Positions 41,151 to 56,314 of a stretch of DNA of 64,000 nt are shown here, in pieces; the stretch's first letter is position 1, and every line of letters begins with the position of its first letter. The notes beneath the pieces were generated by a model. It saw only the letters and a list, made by a program, of their open reading frames with translations, made no database searches and had not been told where the DNA came from. This stretch comes from Schmidtea polychroa (taxonomy: Eukaryota): positions 44,642,001 to 44,706,000 of the forward strand of contig CM097885.1 in the NCBI GenBank assembly GCA_044892525.1. Reading direction: 5' to 3'. A program made the translations under genes and the position numbers.

Positions 41151-41852
41151 TTTTAGAAAAGATGATGACAAAATAGTGTAACCCAATTAAAGCCATAATA
41201 GTTTCTGAAATGAAAAATTCATCATCAGTAAAATATTATTTTTTAATATTATAAATTATTTATTATTTATTAAAGTAAATATTTAATTAAAAATTTAAAT
41301 AATGCAACATTAAATTTATAAAATACGTAAGTAATTTGAATTTTTAATTATAAAAAGCCAAAAAGTCATTATGCAATGTACAATCTCGCATCATAATAAC
41401 CAAGCTGAGATGAGGATGTCTTTTATTTCATTTTGCTGTTTCCTCAACGCAAAGTAGAGGAAATAAAATAGAATCCCCACAAAAGACAAGAATGTTGAAA
41501 TATCTGACTGCAACAAATGAAATGGGATTTCAGAGAAATGGGAATTTTGTTTTTTATTATTTTCTATAAATAACAATCGACGCAAAACTCTCAAAAAAAA
41601 TAATTTCTAATTTGCAAATTTTGTGTCAATAAATATTTCATAAATATTTTGCTTGTGGTCCAAATCCATTTTCTCCTTGAGAGCCGCTTAGATTTAAGTT
41701 ACAAAAGAAAATTTAGTCTTTCATATAAATCTGTTTTCATATTTTCTTTAATCCAGCAATCGACAAATAAATTATAATTTTCTAATAAATGAAAAATAGG
41801 CAGAAATTTGCGATTTGTTTTATTTGGTATATTGTTTGCAAATGTAAATCCA

Positions 41853-41937
<85 letters not shown>

Positions 41938-41944
41938 AATAATA

Positions 41945-44900
41945 ATTAGCAATAACGCGTCGGTGACACCTTTTGGAAATACTTTTAAGCTATTCATATA
42001 TTTTAATCTTAAAAATGTATTTGAAAGTGGTGCTTAATATTTACTAAAGAATAATTTATCGCAATCTATAAGTTCGTTTGTGAGGTGTTTTCAGCTGAGA
42101 ATTAAATATTTCGATGATTTATTAAGATAATTTTAAATGATAAATAATTGATTATTAAAATAGCTTTTAAAATAATTTTTAAATTGAATTTATTGAATTG
42201 AAAAATTAAACAAGCTTTTTAAATGAAGTTTTATTCGTAAATAATTTTTAAATAAATATATTTTAAATATCGAAATTTTAATAAATGGTTTTGAAAATAT
42301 TTTATTCAACGCTGAATATTTGTTTGAAAATTATATAATATTTCTTAAATAAATACTTGGAATTATGACGTTAACTTTTGAACCGGATTTAAAAAATAAT
42401 TTAGAAGATGTGTTAACAGCTTCTAATATGGCGACCACGTCTATGGATTTCTTTAAAAAGAAGCTATTTCCAAACTATTATCATAGAGCAGATGATGTTG
42501 AAACATTCATTAAAGAATGCAATAAATATTTTAAAGTGGTACAAAAAAAAAGTGGTACTTCAAGACAAAAAGTGATGGTCCAATTACTGATTGACAAACA
42601 GATCAGAAATATATATACAGGAGTTGACTAAAGTATCAAATGTTATAAGAAATGATTGCGGAAGGCATTCGCAAGGAAAACAAGTTTGGAAGAGGATTTA
42701 CAATTTGCTATGTCCTATAGGCAGACGAGTGATGAGTCCAATAAATATTTTGCTATCATGGACGAGTTAGTCGATAAATTATTGGGGTATGAGTTAAACA
42801 AGGAAGGTTTAACAGAATATCTGCTGGTGCGCTGTGCAGCCGAGAAGACTTTGAAGCGAGAATTGTGTCTAAGTAACACCAAAGGAACAACGAAAGTGAA
42901 GAAAAAAATCAAGAAGTTACATGAATCTCGTTTAATTGCAGAAGAGATCTATGCAGTGAAAGAAAGAAGGCCAGAACAGAATATAACAAGAAGTTACAGA
43001 GACGCCTTTACACATCAAGCAAGTAATATTGTATCACCAAGATATAATAGCGAAGCGAGAGAGTATCTAGAAAAAAGACCGAATAGGACTAAGAACGAAT
43101 GTTGGACATGTCACAAGGTATGACATTTGAGTAGAGAATGCATAACAAAGGCAGTTAGATGTTTTACATGAGGAAGACAAGATGCAGAGAAAGGTAGTCG
43201 AATGTTATGGATACAGAGGTAACAGAAGAGGAAAATAATGTAATAAGGAAAGTAAACAGATTCATATAAAAGGATTTTGCAGAAAGAGAAAAAGAAAAAA
43301 TACAAATACTCACATTAGATGAATGGAAAAATGATATTATTAGTTATGATAAAATGCAAGGCCGACCAAGTGTAACTATTAGAATACAAGACCAGAAGAT
43401 GGAATACTTGTTCGATACAGGAGTTGCAGTAAATGTAGTGAGTTGGAGCAAATTTGAGAAACTTAAAGATGTAGAACTAACAACAACGACTGATACTTTG
43501 AGATGTGCAAATAATAGTGTTTTAGAAACGAAAGGTAAATCAATATTAGAAATAGGAATAAATGGCAGGAATAGAAGGGTATAGTTTACGATAGAAAGAT
43601 ATATGACTCCAGAGGTAATTGATGGTATAGAGTTGCAAAAACAATTTGATATACAACTAAAGTGGCCAGTAGAAGAGGTCGAGAAAACGAAGCAAAAGTA
43701 TCGAAGCCAAGACAATAACGGAGATGGAACGAATTCAAAGAGCAAAGAATACTTTAAAGGTAAATTATCCGATACTACTGAACATTGTAATAAAGAATAA
43801 AAATGTTTTTTATGGCTGATAAATGGGACATTAGCTGCACAAAGCTGTTGAAGCATAAAATAGAAATCCAAGGAAAACCTTGGAGAACCTTGGAGACAAC
43901 CAGTCAACTTGGAAGGTAAAATAGATGAAACCATAAAATACTTATGGGAAATCAATATTATAAAAAAGTGTAATTCGCCATGGAACACTCATTAATATGC
44001 GTCTGGAAGATAGAAAAGCAAGATATCAGAATATGCCTTGATTTCAGGCAAATAAACCTAGTAACAGAGAAACAGGCGTTCCTCATGCCGAATATAGCAG
44101 AGATGTTAGATAAATTGGGTGGAGCAAAGTATTTCAGTTGGATAGATCTTGGAAATGCATATTATCAAGTAGAACTAGAAGACAAATCAAAGTTAAAAAC
44201 AGCATTTTCAACCAAATCAGGGCCATTTCGAATAGCAGCGGGACCAGGTACGTTTCAGGAACTGATGGGAAAAGTATCCTAAGAATATGCAATTACTACA
44301 GAAGATTTATAAAGGAATACGCAAAAAAGGCAAGAGACTTAGAAGAGCTATGCGGGTAAAACAACAAAAAATTAATTTGGACTGACGGATGCAACATCGC
44401 ATTAGAAAAATTCTTTAATTTCCTCACCTATTCTAGGGTTTCCAGATTTCGAAAGAGAATTCATTCTGGATACTGTTGCGAGTTTTGATACGATTGGAGC
44501 AGTATTATCACAGAAAGACGACAACGGGTGCGAAAAGGTTATCGCATACGGTTCTCATGCAATACGCAATCATGAAAAGGGATATTGCGGTTCATTTTGA
44601 GAACGGACCATAAAGCTATCACGTTTATCTTATCCACAAAGAAACCAATAACAACGCAATTCCAGACATGGATTAACTACCTCAGTAGTCTGGATATTAA
44701 AATAGAGTATAGAAAGATACGGATCATGCAAATGCATATATGTTGTCAAAGAGTACATGTGGAATATGCACACAATGTTTATTATTACATGTAGACGCGA
44801 AAGTGGAAAGAATGAAAACCCGAAGAATAAACACAATGGGAAAAACTGTAGACTTTAAGTAGCAAAAAGATGATACAGAAATAGAACAAATAAAAAGGGA

Positions 44901-45010
44901 AATAGCACAGGGTTCAAGTTGGAAATTTATACTGGTAGACAACGTGGTGAGAACTATAGAGGGTAAGATATGGACACCTGGAGAGAAAAGACAAGAAATG
45001 ATAAATAATA
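41945..45010 (+). mobile_element. Decayed Ty3/Gypsy LTR retrotransposon with internal deletions and 3' truncation
   Basis: PBS TGGCGACC at 42429; gag with CWTCHK; protease YLFDTGVA; RT RICLDFRQIN and IDLGNAYYQ; RNase H TDHKAI; homologous to 46160-50687. Confidence 0.9.
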
Positions 45011-45199
45011 AAAAGTATAAAGGAGAATAATAATAATAGATAATAAAAAGAAAATGAATTAGAATAATTAATATCAATTAATAAATACTAATTAATTAAT
45101 GAATGATAAATTTAATAATATATAATTAGTAATAAAATTTCTCAGATTTAATGTATTAAAAATAACAAGTCCATTTAAAAAAATAATTGAAACTAAACT

Positions 45200-45573
45200 G
45201 GTTCAAATCAAGAATGATGTGAAACCAGTACAATCATAATATATATTTCTTGGTAGATGAAATTCCACATCAATTCTTAAATTCATTTAAATTGATCAAG
45301 TCACAATATTCAAGCTTCATTGATCATACAACAAAATAAGATGTTGCAGTAAATAAAGTGTTATGGAAAATCAATAAGAATTGAAGTTGCAATGAAAAGA
45401 TATTTATCAAAAATCGAAATTCCGGTTTTCATGATGCCTTTGAAGAAATTGAATACACAGATGGGCAAAACTGGGCTTTAAATATTTCAATTCAGGGATA
45501 TAAAATGAATGAGAAAGATGTCATATCACCAATTTGGAGAGAAGATAGCGATCGAGTTTCTCTGGGATTTTAA
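45200..45573 (+). pseudogene. Diverged homolog of Polinton ORF 21074-21481
   Basis: SCNEKIFIKNRNSGFHDAFEEIEYTDGQNWALNISIQGYKMNEKDVISPIWR versus SCNQNAWFNNPYAKFYDAFHEISFKENENWYITVAIQGYKVENNDVYSPIWK. Confidence 0.8.
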
Positions 45574-46159
45574 TAAATGTCTTAAAATATGATTTTTTAA
45601 TAGTAGAATTGGTTTTCTTAAATATAGAATAATAATTTGTATTTTCTAAATATTGGAGATGTGTGTATGTCAAAGCTTGTAAAAAAGGAGTTGTTTAAGG
45701 TCTTATGTGTGTGAATTTGAAATAAATAATACTACCATTTAAATTCTACTTATACATTGTTTAAGTGAAAATATTTCAAGTTGTTAAAAATCATATGTAT
45801 ATTCAAAAATGGTGTGCTATAAATGAAATTTCAAAATTTCGATTACATTATAAGTTCATTAAATAGAAATTTTTTTTTTATGGGGATATCAAAAAAAGTT
45901 GTGAGAGTCAAGGATTCCTAGAGTACACACATCTATCTAGTCATATTTGTTATTAATATATATGTTAATGTTTATTCAATACATATTATTTTCTATGGCA
46001 TTGTATTTTAGTTTTAAATTTTTTATTATTTTTCGATCTCCTAACAAACCTACTTTTACTTTATAATAAATGTGGTGAAGTTACAGAAGCACATTGCTCG
46101 TGAAAAAGTTCGATCGGAAAATCTATTGCATCGTTAAGGTTCTGCGATATTATATAGTC

Positions 46160-49100
46160 TATGAGGAAGTATAAAGATTCTTAAAGATTAATAAGAAATT
46201 TGGTAAAAATTTTTGAAAATATTTTTATTGAAAAATATTTTAAAAAGAAGAAATTTATCAAAGAAATATTTTAAGAAAATCTGAAATTTGTTTAAATAAC
46301 AAAAATAAGAACAGACAAGTTTTTTGAGATATCTTTTATTAAATAAAATTTTATGGAATTATTTAGTGATTTAAAAACGGATGAGAATCATAATATGGTG
46401 GCAGAGGTAAACACCGACGCGATTACCGAAAGATTATTGCCAAAAGTGTTCTGTCAAGGTGATGACTTGGAAAATTTCATCAGAAGATCCGAGATCTATT
46501 TCGATGCTAAAGGCATCAATAAAAAAGAACAGGAAAGATTAACCGCATGCATGATCGATGAGGATCTATTGGAGAAATATGCGAAAACGGTTAAAAAAGC
46601 AGAAGGATTTCAAGCCAGGTTATGAATGGCATTTGATTACGAAAGAGACATAATAAAGGATATGGAAAGTTTATTGAATTATAAAAGAAGAGACGAAGAG
46701 ATTGAAACATATTTTAAAAAAGTGGAGGACCTTGTTGACAGGTTGTTTGAGAATAAAGAATTCCCCAAAGAGAAAATAACAGCAAAGATGTTGATAGTAT
46801 GTGCTGAGAATAAAGAAGTTGAGAAAGAAGTAATATTGCGGAAGATAAAAAGCACAGAGGAGATAAAGGAAACATTAATTCTGATGGATAAAGTGGACAA
46901 ACAGAGAGATCAGATAAACGCTTTGAAAAGTTATGCAAGAGTGGTCTATCAGGATCCACAGAGAAGAGGACAGTACAAGCAGAAAGATGAAAGAGAAGAA
47001 GTCAGGCGACGAGAAGAACCAGAGTGCTGGCTATGCCACAAAATAGGCCACATGAAAATAGAATGTCCAGTAAGAAGTAAGATAGAATGCTGGTCAGAAG
47101 CGGACATATCAGCAGGAATTGTCCAGATAAAAAAGTGCCAAGATGTTTTGGTTGTTGGAAAGAAGGCCATATAAGAAGGTTATGTCAAGAAATACGGTGT
47201 AAAAGATGCAACAAAAATGGTCATAGATCAGAAGAATGTTATACAAAGTCGAGTTACAAGAAATCAATAGAGAAACAAAGACCGACAGGAAACAGATACA
47301 GCCGGATTAATGGAATCGAAGAAGAAGAAGAAATGGAATCGTGCGTAGAGACAAATGAAGATAATTTTAGTAGGAAGTACCCAAACAAAAGGGCTCCACC
47401 AGTAAAGGAGTTGGTTGGAGCCATATACTAACAGAAAAGTGGACGGGATATCCTCAAGGGGTAGAAAAGTGGGAGAATGTAGGAAGGGTAAGTGAGAAAG
47501 TATACAGGTTCCTAAGGAGAGAAAGGTTTGAAGAGAAAGTGGAAAGAATTGGAACAATTGAAACGGCACAGGAGGTAGAAATTGTATATAATAAGCTACA
47601 GGGAAGACCTAGTGTAACAGTAATGATGAATGGGGAAATTTTCGACTGTTTATTAGACACCGGAGCACGAATAAATGTAATGAGTGTGAACTGTTTTAAC
47701 AAGTTACGAGGACAACAATTGATGAGAAGCGACGATAAGTTACGATGTGCAAACGAAAGTACGATAGAGACAATTGGAAGAACAAAGGTTAAAGTAACTA
47801 TCGGAGATATTTCTAAGGAAGTTATATTCATTGTGGCGGAGAAAGTGACACCAGAGGTGATTGGAGGAGTAGAATTACAAGAAGCATTTGGATATAGGCT
47901 GACAAAAAAGAAAGATATCGAATCTAGTGAAAAAGACAAGAACTATATTTGTAACATTGAAGCAAAATTCGGCAGACAAATAAAGGATGGAGAAAGATTG
48001 ACGCGAGCGTTGGAACATCTAAAGATTGATGAGGATAGTAAATTGAAGGAAATAATAACGAACAGTGGAAACGTGTTTATGGCGGATAAATGGGATGTGG
48101 GTCGCACTCATTTGGTAAAACATAAGATAATTACAAGATGTGAACCGATAAACATAAAACCATATCGTCAAACATTGAATTTGGAAACAAAAATTGAAGA
48201 AGCAATACAAAATTTGTACGAAAACGGGATTATACGGAAATGCAACTCTCCATGGAACACGCCGTTAATCTGCGTATGGAAAAAAGAGAAAAAAGATATT
48301 AGGCTATGCTTGGATTTCAGACAGCTGAATGCAGTAACAGAGAGGCAGGGATTCCCAATGCCAAACAAAGACGAGATGTTAGATGTGTTAGGAGGGTCCG
48401 TTTATTTTAGCTCAATCGATCTGGAGTTAGACAAAGAATCGCAAGAGAAAACAGCATTCTCAACAAAGAAAGGGCAATACTGTTTCAATAGAATGGTGTT
48501 CGGAATCGCTGCAGCACCAGGTACGTTCCAGGAAATGATGACAAAGGTAATAGGCAAAATAAATGGAGCAATGGTCTATTTGGATGACATTCTGATTTAT
48601 TCGAATAGTAAAGAAAAACATTATACAATAATCAGTGAAGTATTAAAAGCGATCGATGAAGCAGGACTAAAGATTAACCCTGAAAAGTGTCAAATAATAA
48701 AGAAAGAAATCAGATTCTTAGGACACATAATCAGTAAAGAAGGAGTAAAAACCGATCCTTCTAAGATTCAGGCTATACAAAACTTTGGGAAGCCAAGTTG
48801 CGTAAAGAAACTTCGAAGCTTTCTAGGCATTTGTAATTATTATAGAAGATTCATCAGTGAGTATGCAAAGAAATCAAGGATGTTAGAACAATTATGTAGC
48901 GGTCCGAGTAACAAAAAACTGGAATGGACTGAAGGAACGAATAACGTATTCGAGGGAATGAAGTTAGCACTCACAACGGCACCGATTCTATGCTTTCCGG
49001 ATCTGAGAAAGGAGTTCATTTTAGATACTGATTCCAGTTTTGATACCATTGGAGCAGTGCTTTCGCAAAGAGATAAAGATGGAAAAGAGAGAGTAATTGC

Positions 49101-50687
49101 GTATGGATCACACTCGATGACGAGCCATGAAAAGGATATTGCATTACAAGGAAGGAACTATTGGCGGTATACTATTTTTGTATTCATTTTAAGCACTATC
49201 TCTACGGAAGAAGATTCACGCTAAGGACAGACCACAAGGCGATCACGTTTATGATGACAACCAAGAAGCCAATTTCTTCACAATTCCAAACCTGGATCAA
49301 TTATTTGAGCAGTTTGGATATAATCGTTGAATATAGAAAGGGTGTTAATCACCAAAATGCAGACATGGCGTCCAGAACTAAATGTGAAACGTGTGTTCAA
49401 TGTCAAATGGCTCACGAAGAAGCTAAGAAAGGAAAGATAAAAACTAGATTACTAGACTCGATCAGAGAAGAATGTAGAAGCGCCAATCAATAAATAAATT
49501 TGGAAGAAGAATTACGAAAGAAAACGATGATACCTGAAAACGAGATACAATAAACCATAAAGGAAATACATAGACTATTGTGTCATGCTGGAGTCGAGAA
49601 GATAGCTGATTATATGAAAGATAGATATATTGGGAAAAACATGTGGAGTCAGATTCAGGAAACTATTCGAAGTTGTGAGACTTGTGAAAAAACCAAGGCT
49701 ATAACAATTACAACGAAGGAACCAGTAAAAAAATTAGAATCAACCGAAATGTTCGAAATTATATTTGTGGATATATGTGGACCAATGCAAGAAACAAAAG
49801 GACGTAAGAAGTATATATTGGGTATAATAGACCAGTATAGTAAGTATCAAGTCCTGACAGCTATAACAAGACAAGACGAAGAAACAATAAAAAAACGATT
49901 TTAGAAAAATGGATTTTAAGATTCGGGTGCCCAAAGGAGATAAAAGTTGATTGTGGGAAGGCGTTTGAATCAGGAATGTTGAGAGAATTCACAAAGAAAC
50001 TTGATATTAAGTTATGTTTTTCGAGTCCATACCATCACCAAACAAATGGACAGATAGAAAGGCAATTCAGGACAATACGAGAGCTGATAAATGCCACTTT
50101 ACGAGATAGAAGGAAGACAGATTGGGCAGAGATACTACCAGAAGTCGAATTTACATTAAATGAAACCAAACAAAAAACGACAGGAATACGCCTGGCAGAG
50201 ATAGTTTTTGGAAAAAAGATTAGCAGGGAGAAATGGTACGGGTCAAAAGATAAACAGGTAAAGGAAGAACAAGAAGAACAAACAAGGAGGAAATTTGACG
50301 TAGGAGATGATGTGTTAGTAAAATTAGAAACACGCAACAAAAGCCAGGACAGATATGAGGGACCATATAAAGTAATCGAGAAAGTGCATGACAGACGATA
50401 TATCTTAAGAAACAAGAATGGTAAAAAGATTGAAAGAAACGTGGAAAAACTTAAAAAATTTCTTAAGGAGGGGGATATGAGGAAGTTAAAAGATTCTTAA
50501 AGATTAATAAGAAATTTGGTAAAAATTTTTGAAAATATTTTTATTGAAAAATATTTTAAAAAGAAGAAATTTATCAAAGAAATATTTTAAGAAAATCTGA
50601 AATTTGTTTAAATAGCAAAAATAAGAACAGACAAGTTTTTTGAGATATCTTTTATTAAATAAAATTTTACGGATGAGAATCCTAATA
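46160..50687 (+). mobile_element. Full-length but disrupted Ty3/Gypsy LTR retrotransposon
   Basis: LTRs 46160-46395 and 50476-50687; TSD TAGTC; PBS TGGTGGCAGAGGT; PPT AAGGAGGGGGA; gag with four CCHC-type knuckles; pol LLDTGA, YLDD, TDHK, VDICGP, GQIER, GPY. Confidence 0.95.
47539..50500 (+). pseudogene. Gypsy pol (PR-RT-RH-IN) broken into several ORFs
   Basis: ORFs 47539-49224, 49161-49493, 49578-49904 and 49976-50500 carry consecutive pol domains. Confidence 0.92.
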
Positions 50688-50946
50688 TAGTCAAAGTACA
50701 TTAAGTTGTTTCTCCTCCTGATATTGGATCTAAGAGTTTTTATTTAAGTGTTGTCACATCGATGATTTTCCATTACAATTATTTTATTAAACTTCTTTTA
50801 CTTGGAATAACCAAAATCTACTAAATTTATTTCCCTTCACTTGAAAATAAACTGAACACTGAAGTATACTCGTCGTCAGGTCATGTTAATTTTAAAACAG
50901 ATTTTTAATATATACAAACAAACAGATATTATGTAGTTTGATTGTA

Positions 50947-51072
<126 letters not shown>

Positions 51073-52110
51073 GAAGGGATTTTATGTAAAGTATTAATGA
51101 TTAGTTTTCAATATCTTTGGATATGAATTTGCATCACCCAGTCTGATATTATTTGTAAAAGAACAGCATTAAATATTTCTAATGTGATAACTACAATGAA
51201 TTATTTTAATTATTATTTAATTATTGTGCTTATTAATAACCAGGAAATGGTTTAGAAATTTTATTCAATACGATTATTAATGAAAATATTAAATATTATT
51301 TTAATGAGTAATTCATATATTCTAACTTTGTAAGTTGAAATTTTGTCGAAAAGAAAATAAAATTGTTTTTATTTGTCTTAAAAATAAAGAAATTTCAATT
51401 ATTTTGTTAATTCATATATTAAAAATAAATTAAAATAATTTTATATCCAATTAAAATTATTATGGATGAAACGGTTTAATAAAGAAAAATCTGCACTAGC
51501 TGTGTATTACATGTTTTGTTTAATTGAATAGGATTTCTAATAATTGTAAAATGTGAAACCATAAATAATTCGAGTACTTATTGTTGAAATATTATTTTTA
51601 ATGTTTTATTTATTTATTGGTTATTTTAGTACATTTTTATATCATTTTGCATTTTTTAAAATAATATGTTTAAATAGTAATAACATATTTATATATTAAT
51701 ATTATTATTTATACCAATTAGGTAAGTTTGCAATGAGTTAACAAAACTTTAGGCACGTCATTTTGTTACTCTTTCACCAATTAATTATCTTAACGACATC
51801 ATTTTTGTAAACGTAATAACACATTTTAAATTTTTACAAAAATGTAGCCTTTCATTCCAAGGATTTTGCAGATAGAATCAAAATCAAAGTGATTATGTGC
51901 TTGGTGGCTTTTCGTAGGACCTACCTAAAGGGTATTGGTATCGAGAGGTTATGTTGTTGATGTGAACCACTAAAATGAACAAATTGAATACTGAACTTAA
52001 ATTAATGAAAATAACAACAAAATATTACAACTATTACACAAGCAAAATATAGATTAAACAACTATAACCACATAATTCTAGGGTTTTTGCAAAAAACTTT
52101 GAACTGAATA

Positions 52111-52298
52111 CAGGTAACCCTCCTATAACACGGTAGATAGGTTACAAGACAACGGTGTGTTGTTTGAAACCGTGTTATATGTGACACAGGGCCAATAAAA
52201 AAAAGGGAGTTACATTCCAAAACTTAAAATATATATACATATTTTTTAAGGTACATAGAAATAACTTCAATTTTGAAACCATGTTACAAGAGGGTGTA
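52111..52298. mobile_element. Short Tigger-like MITE
   Basis: TACAGGTAACCCTCCTATAACACGG ... CCATGTTACAAGAGGGTGTA imperfect TIRs. Confidence 0.55.
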
Positions 52299-53593
52299 TA
52301 ATAATATCTGAACGTTTCATAATGTTTCATTGTAAATAGATGTGAAATGACGAGTGTAACGGTTGTTAGCTAAAATTAGAACACTACAGGTCGAGAGAGG
52401 TGACCGTGACTGGTATTAGTAGAAATGTGAACGCATTCAGCTCACGAGGGTATCTGGTTCAAGGGATTAAGTGGTTAATATTTTGTAACCCTATTAGTAC
52501 ATATACTGAAAAAATATGCACTGGTTAAAATTATCCTCACAATCTCTCCCATTATCTGACCATCACTATCCAAAATATCAAATGTTGTCATTTTCAATAT
52601 CAAAAGCACAAGTTTTTAATACAATTTTTTCACTTATTAAAAGCCTCTTTAATTGGGACTAAAGAAGAGAAATACGGCAATATTAATAAAAGGATAAGTC
52701 CAATTGATCCATTTAATTTACGTAGGTTTAAAAATTACCTTCCCCAACGATAGTTTGCATTTTGAAGTTGGAACTTTTATGGATCTATATGAATTCTGGA
52801 AATATCTCTGATTTTATGAACTTTCACAACTTCTAATTATATTATCTGATTACCTAGACATAAACCTCATCAATATACACATAGATATTTTATTTGGGAA
52901 AGTGTAATAAAGTTTCACAATAAGATAATTTGTTGTGCACAACTGAGCCATCAATTAAAGCTTGAATCTGGACAATCTGGTTTGGTTGTAAATAAAAAAT
53001 AATATGAACAGCTTATTTCATCACAGAAGACACATTATAGGTTAGTGGACATAAAGTGGACATAAGGAGGTAAATGTTCAATTCTTTTTTGTATATTCTA
53101 CTGGATTGAAAAATTCAACCGAAGAAATTAAATTCTTCTGTTGTTGAGAAGTATTAATTATTTTGATACACGAACATGCTTTGAGTACATAGGGTAGCGA
53201 GATACCACTACACCACTTGTTTGATTGGTATTCTAGCAAGTGGCTTTGGTTTCACCTTCAACTAGTCTTATCTTTTTCATGACCGAGTCGTTCATTCTAT
53301 CCAATGTATATCCTAGTGCATGTTATAAATATCACAGAAAAAACAATGAAAATTAACAGAAAATAACTTAATTTTAAACTAAATTTTTATTAAACACCAA
53401 TATGAAAAGTGTGACACTTCAGATTCCTGTACGGATTTATGAAGCATTTTTATAGTAGTTTAAGTAAAACTTTATAAACTCTATAAAAGCTGAAAGTGTT
53501 TGTTTGAAAAATGACCGAATAAATTTTTATTTGATGAAAGTAAACATTCAATTATAACTAATAATAATATTATTAGTAACAGTCACAATAATC

Positions 53594-53699
<106 letters not shown>

Positions 53700-54022
53700 T
53701 AACAATAACAATAATAATAATAATAATAATATTAAATGCACAAGTCTAATACTATGAAATGTTTTTTTACTCAACAAACTGTCTTCACTGAATTTTCTTT
53801 CAGATGACTTTGATTGACAATGATTTCTAAATTTAAAAATGAAATTATTTGAGAAATAGAAATTAATTTTAATTTAATTTCACTAATAAATATATAATAT
53901 TATGTAACTTATCATAGTTTTTTTAACTAAAACATTAATAAAAATTTATTTCGAAAATTCCATTCAATCATAACACTGATAACACTTATAATTAATAATA
54001 ATAAATAATTAATTATAACATA

Positions 54023-54669
54023 CTACGGCTTACCAAAAGTCTCCAGTCAGGCAGTTATTTACATATTGCAGTTTATAATGAACGTCTGCAGTGAAAATAT
54101 GAACAGCAATGGAAACAAAGCTGATCAACACCTTCAACATGTTTCATGCGCATATGTACACACACAATACCGTGCAATTTTGGAAAATGAGCTTGTCCCC
54201 TTTCTCCCAGAAATTGAGGGGTCACTTTCCAACAAAATAATGCACCAAATCATACTTCGCATATTACGAAGGAATTCTTTCTGTAGCACAGCATCAAAGT
54301 TTTGGATTGGGTTCCACAATGCCCTGATCTGAATCCTATTGAGTTTCTGTTGGACGTCCCTGGTAGAACAGTTCGCAAAAGGATTAACATTGCCAGTAAC
54401 GCCTCCGAACTGGAAACGCATCTGCATGAGGAATGGTCACACATCTCCCCTGATTTCCTTGCAAGTGGTCGATACAATGCCTTAATCAGTACGCCTTGTT
54501 ATCCAGATGAAAGGTAATATAACGAAGAACTAACTCTCTCAGCACTACAGACATTCAGTGTTCGCGTCTGTTTGTGACATTTGTTCCAATTGCTGTTGAT
54601 TATAAACTGTTCATTATAGACTGCAATATGCAAATAACTGCCTAAATGGAGACTTTTGGTAGGCGGGGG
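54023..54669 (+). mobile_element. Tc1-like deletion derivative
   Basis: About 60-bp TIRs (TACCAAAAGTCTCCA..GGCAGTTATTT) with TA flanks; WVPQCPDLNPIE motif. Confidence 0.88.
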
Positions 54670-54829
54670 TACAATTTAGAATAATAAGTAATAAATAACT
54701 TCGTTACGTACGTACAGCAGAAACTTATATATACTATTACATTTATAGACGCTCTACTATTACATCCACATATCGGTATAGCTAATTTGCAAAACTCCTG
54801 ACAACTGTCATAATTAATTAATTCCGTAC

Positions 54830-54859
54830 ATCACGTGATTTTTCACGGGTTAAAACTAG
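54830..54859 (+). mobile_element. Helitron-like 3' terminus
   Basis: CGTGA-TTT-TCACG hairpin, then GGTTAAAA-CTAG|T. Confidence 0.55.
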
Positions 54860-56026
54860 TGAAAGCATAAAATTATGATAATTTTATAATATATTTAGAA
54901 TTAGTAAGAAGGTTTAGAAGTTTATTAAATGACAAATTTTGTTAATAAAATAATTTCCCATTTAATCTGGAAGCAAGCTGATGTTGTAATCTTCCCAATT
55001 GGATTTATTCCTTTGCAGTTTTTAATAGCTTTTCATTCAAAATAAAAATATTTAAATCACTTAAATTTTTTTTTCTAAATTAAATTCAATATTTAAAATT
55101 TAAAAATCCTAAGAAAAAAATTTTATTTTCTTAAGATTAAAACAATATATTATAAACAAAATAATTGTCCAAACTGTTTCACTAATAATATAGTTATGCT
55201 CGAAATACTGAAAACTTTTATAAGTTTTAAAGCCCTGCCGCAAACAAAAACTTATCAACGGTAAATGGTACTATAAACAAGGGTAGATCATAAATAAATG
55301 ATAAAATTAATATATTATAAAATATTCGAATTCATCATATATAAATTATGTTTCATAATGATTAATTTGTAAAAATGAATATTATCCACATTAAAAAATT
55401 TATAATAAAATAATTAATTTACTATTACTTATTTTACTTTAAAATAATAACCGTATTTGAATGTTTTGTTGAACAGAATAGCTTCCTCTTGATATTAGCG
55501 AGTTTTCATTTTTATTTTCAAAAGCAAAATTTTGTTTGACTATTTTTAGAATATTATTTTTACTTTTCTCATATATTTTACAACTTTTTCCGTTATCTAG
55601 ATCTGTGTTTCTATTCATTTTATAAAATTATAAATTCAAATTCACTTTGCATTGCAATTGGTTACCCAAATTAATAATTGTCATAAGAATTAATAAAAAG
55701 CCTCCGGGTGCAGGGAATCTGTAAAAAGAAAGAAAGTATGAATAAAGACAGAAATACGAGACATTCTTTCAGTAAATTTGTAATTATTAATTCTGATAAG
55801 ATTGATGTGACCAACTAGGACGTGAACGCTAGCGCGCATCCTCATATGATATGTAAGAAGAAAAAATTGAATAACTCAATGAAAGAAGAGAAATTAGTAC
55901 AAATTATTCGTGTTCAAACTTTGCATCAGGCAATAGCACTAAATTTGAATCATTCAAGGAAACTAGTAATAATATTTTTATATAAAGTAGTCTGCAATAA
56001 ATTCATTATAATTTAATATTTACGAA

Positions 56027-56086
<60 letters not shown>

Positions 56087-56087
<1 letters not shown>

Positions 56088-56314
56088 ACTCATACCTCGC
56101 TATACGGCTGCTCTTTATACGGCTTTTCGATATAACGGCCTACTTTAATTACGGCACTTTTTCGATTTACAGCCTAAAATGTTTCGTTATACGGCCAAAA
56201 ATCCTATTGAATTTACATGGAATTGTATCAAAATGTATTTGATTCGTTATGCGGCGTTTCGCTTTGCGGCCAACTTTCCTGGAACGTATCTAGGCCGTAA
56301 GGCGAGTTATGAGT

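Noticed and set aside
43344..43988. 214-aa minus-strand ORF and similar antisense ORFs at 47-50 kb
   Set aside because: Antisense to Gypsy gag-pol, no motifs
52500..53330. Possible retroelement pol debris (IQALIDGS, TTEEFNFFG)
   Set aside because: Too degenerate to support a call
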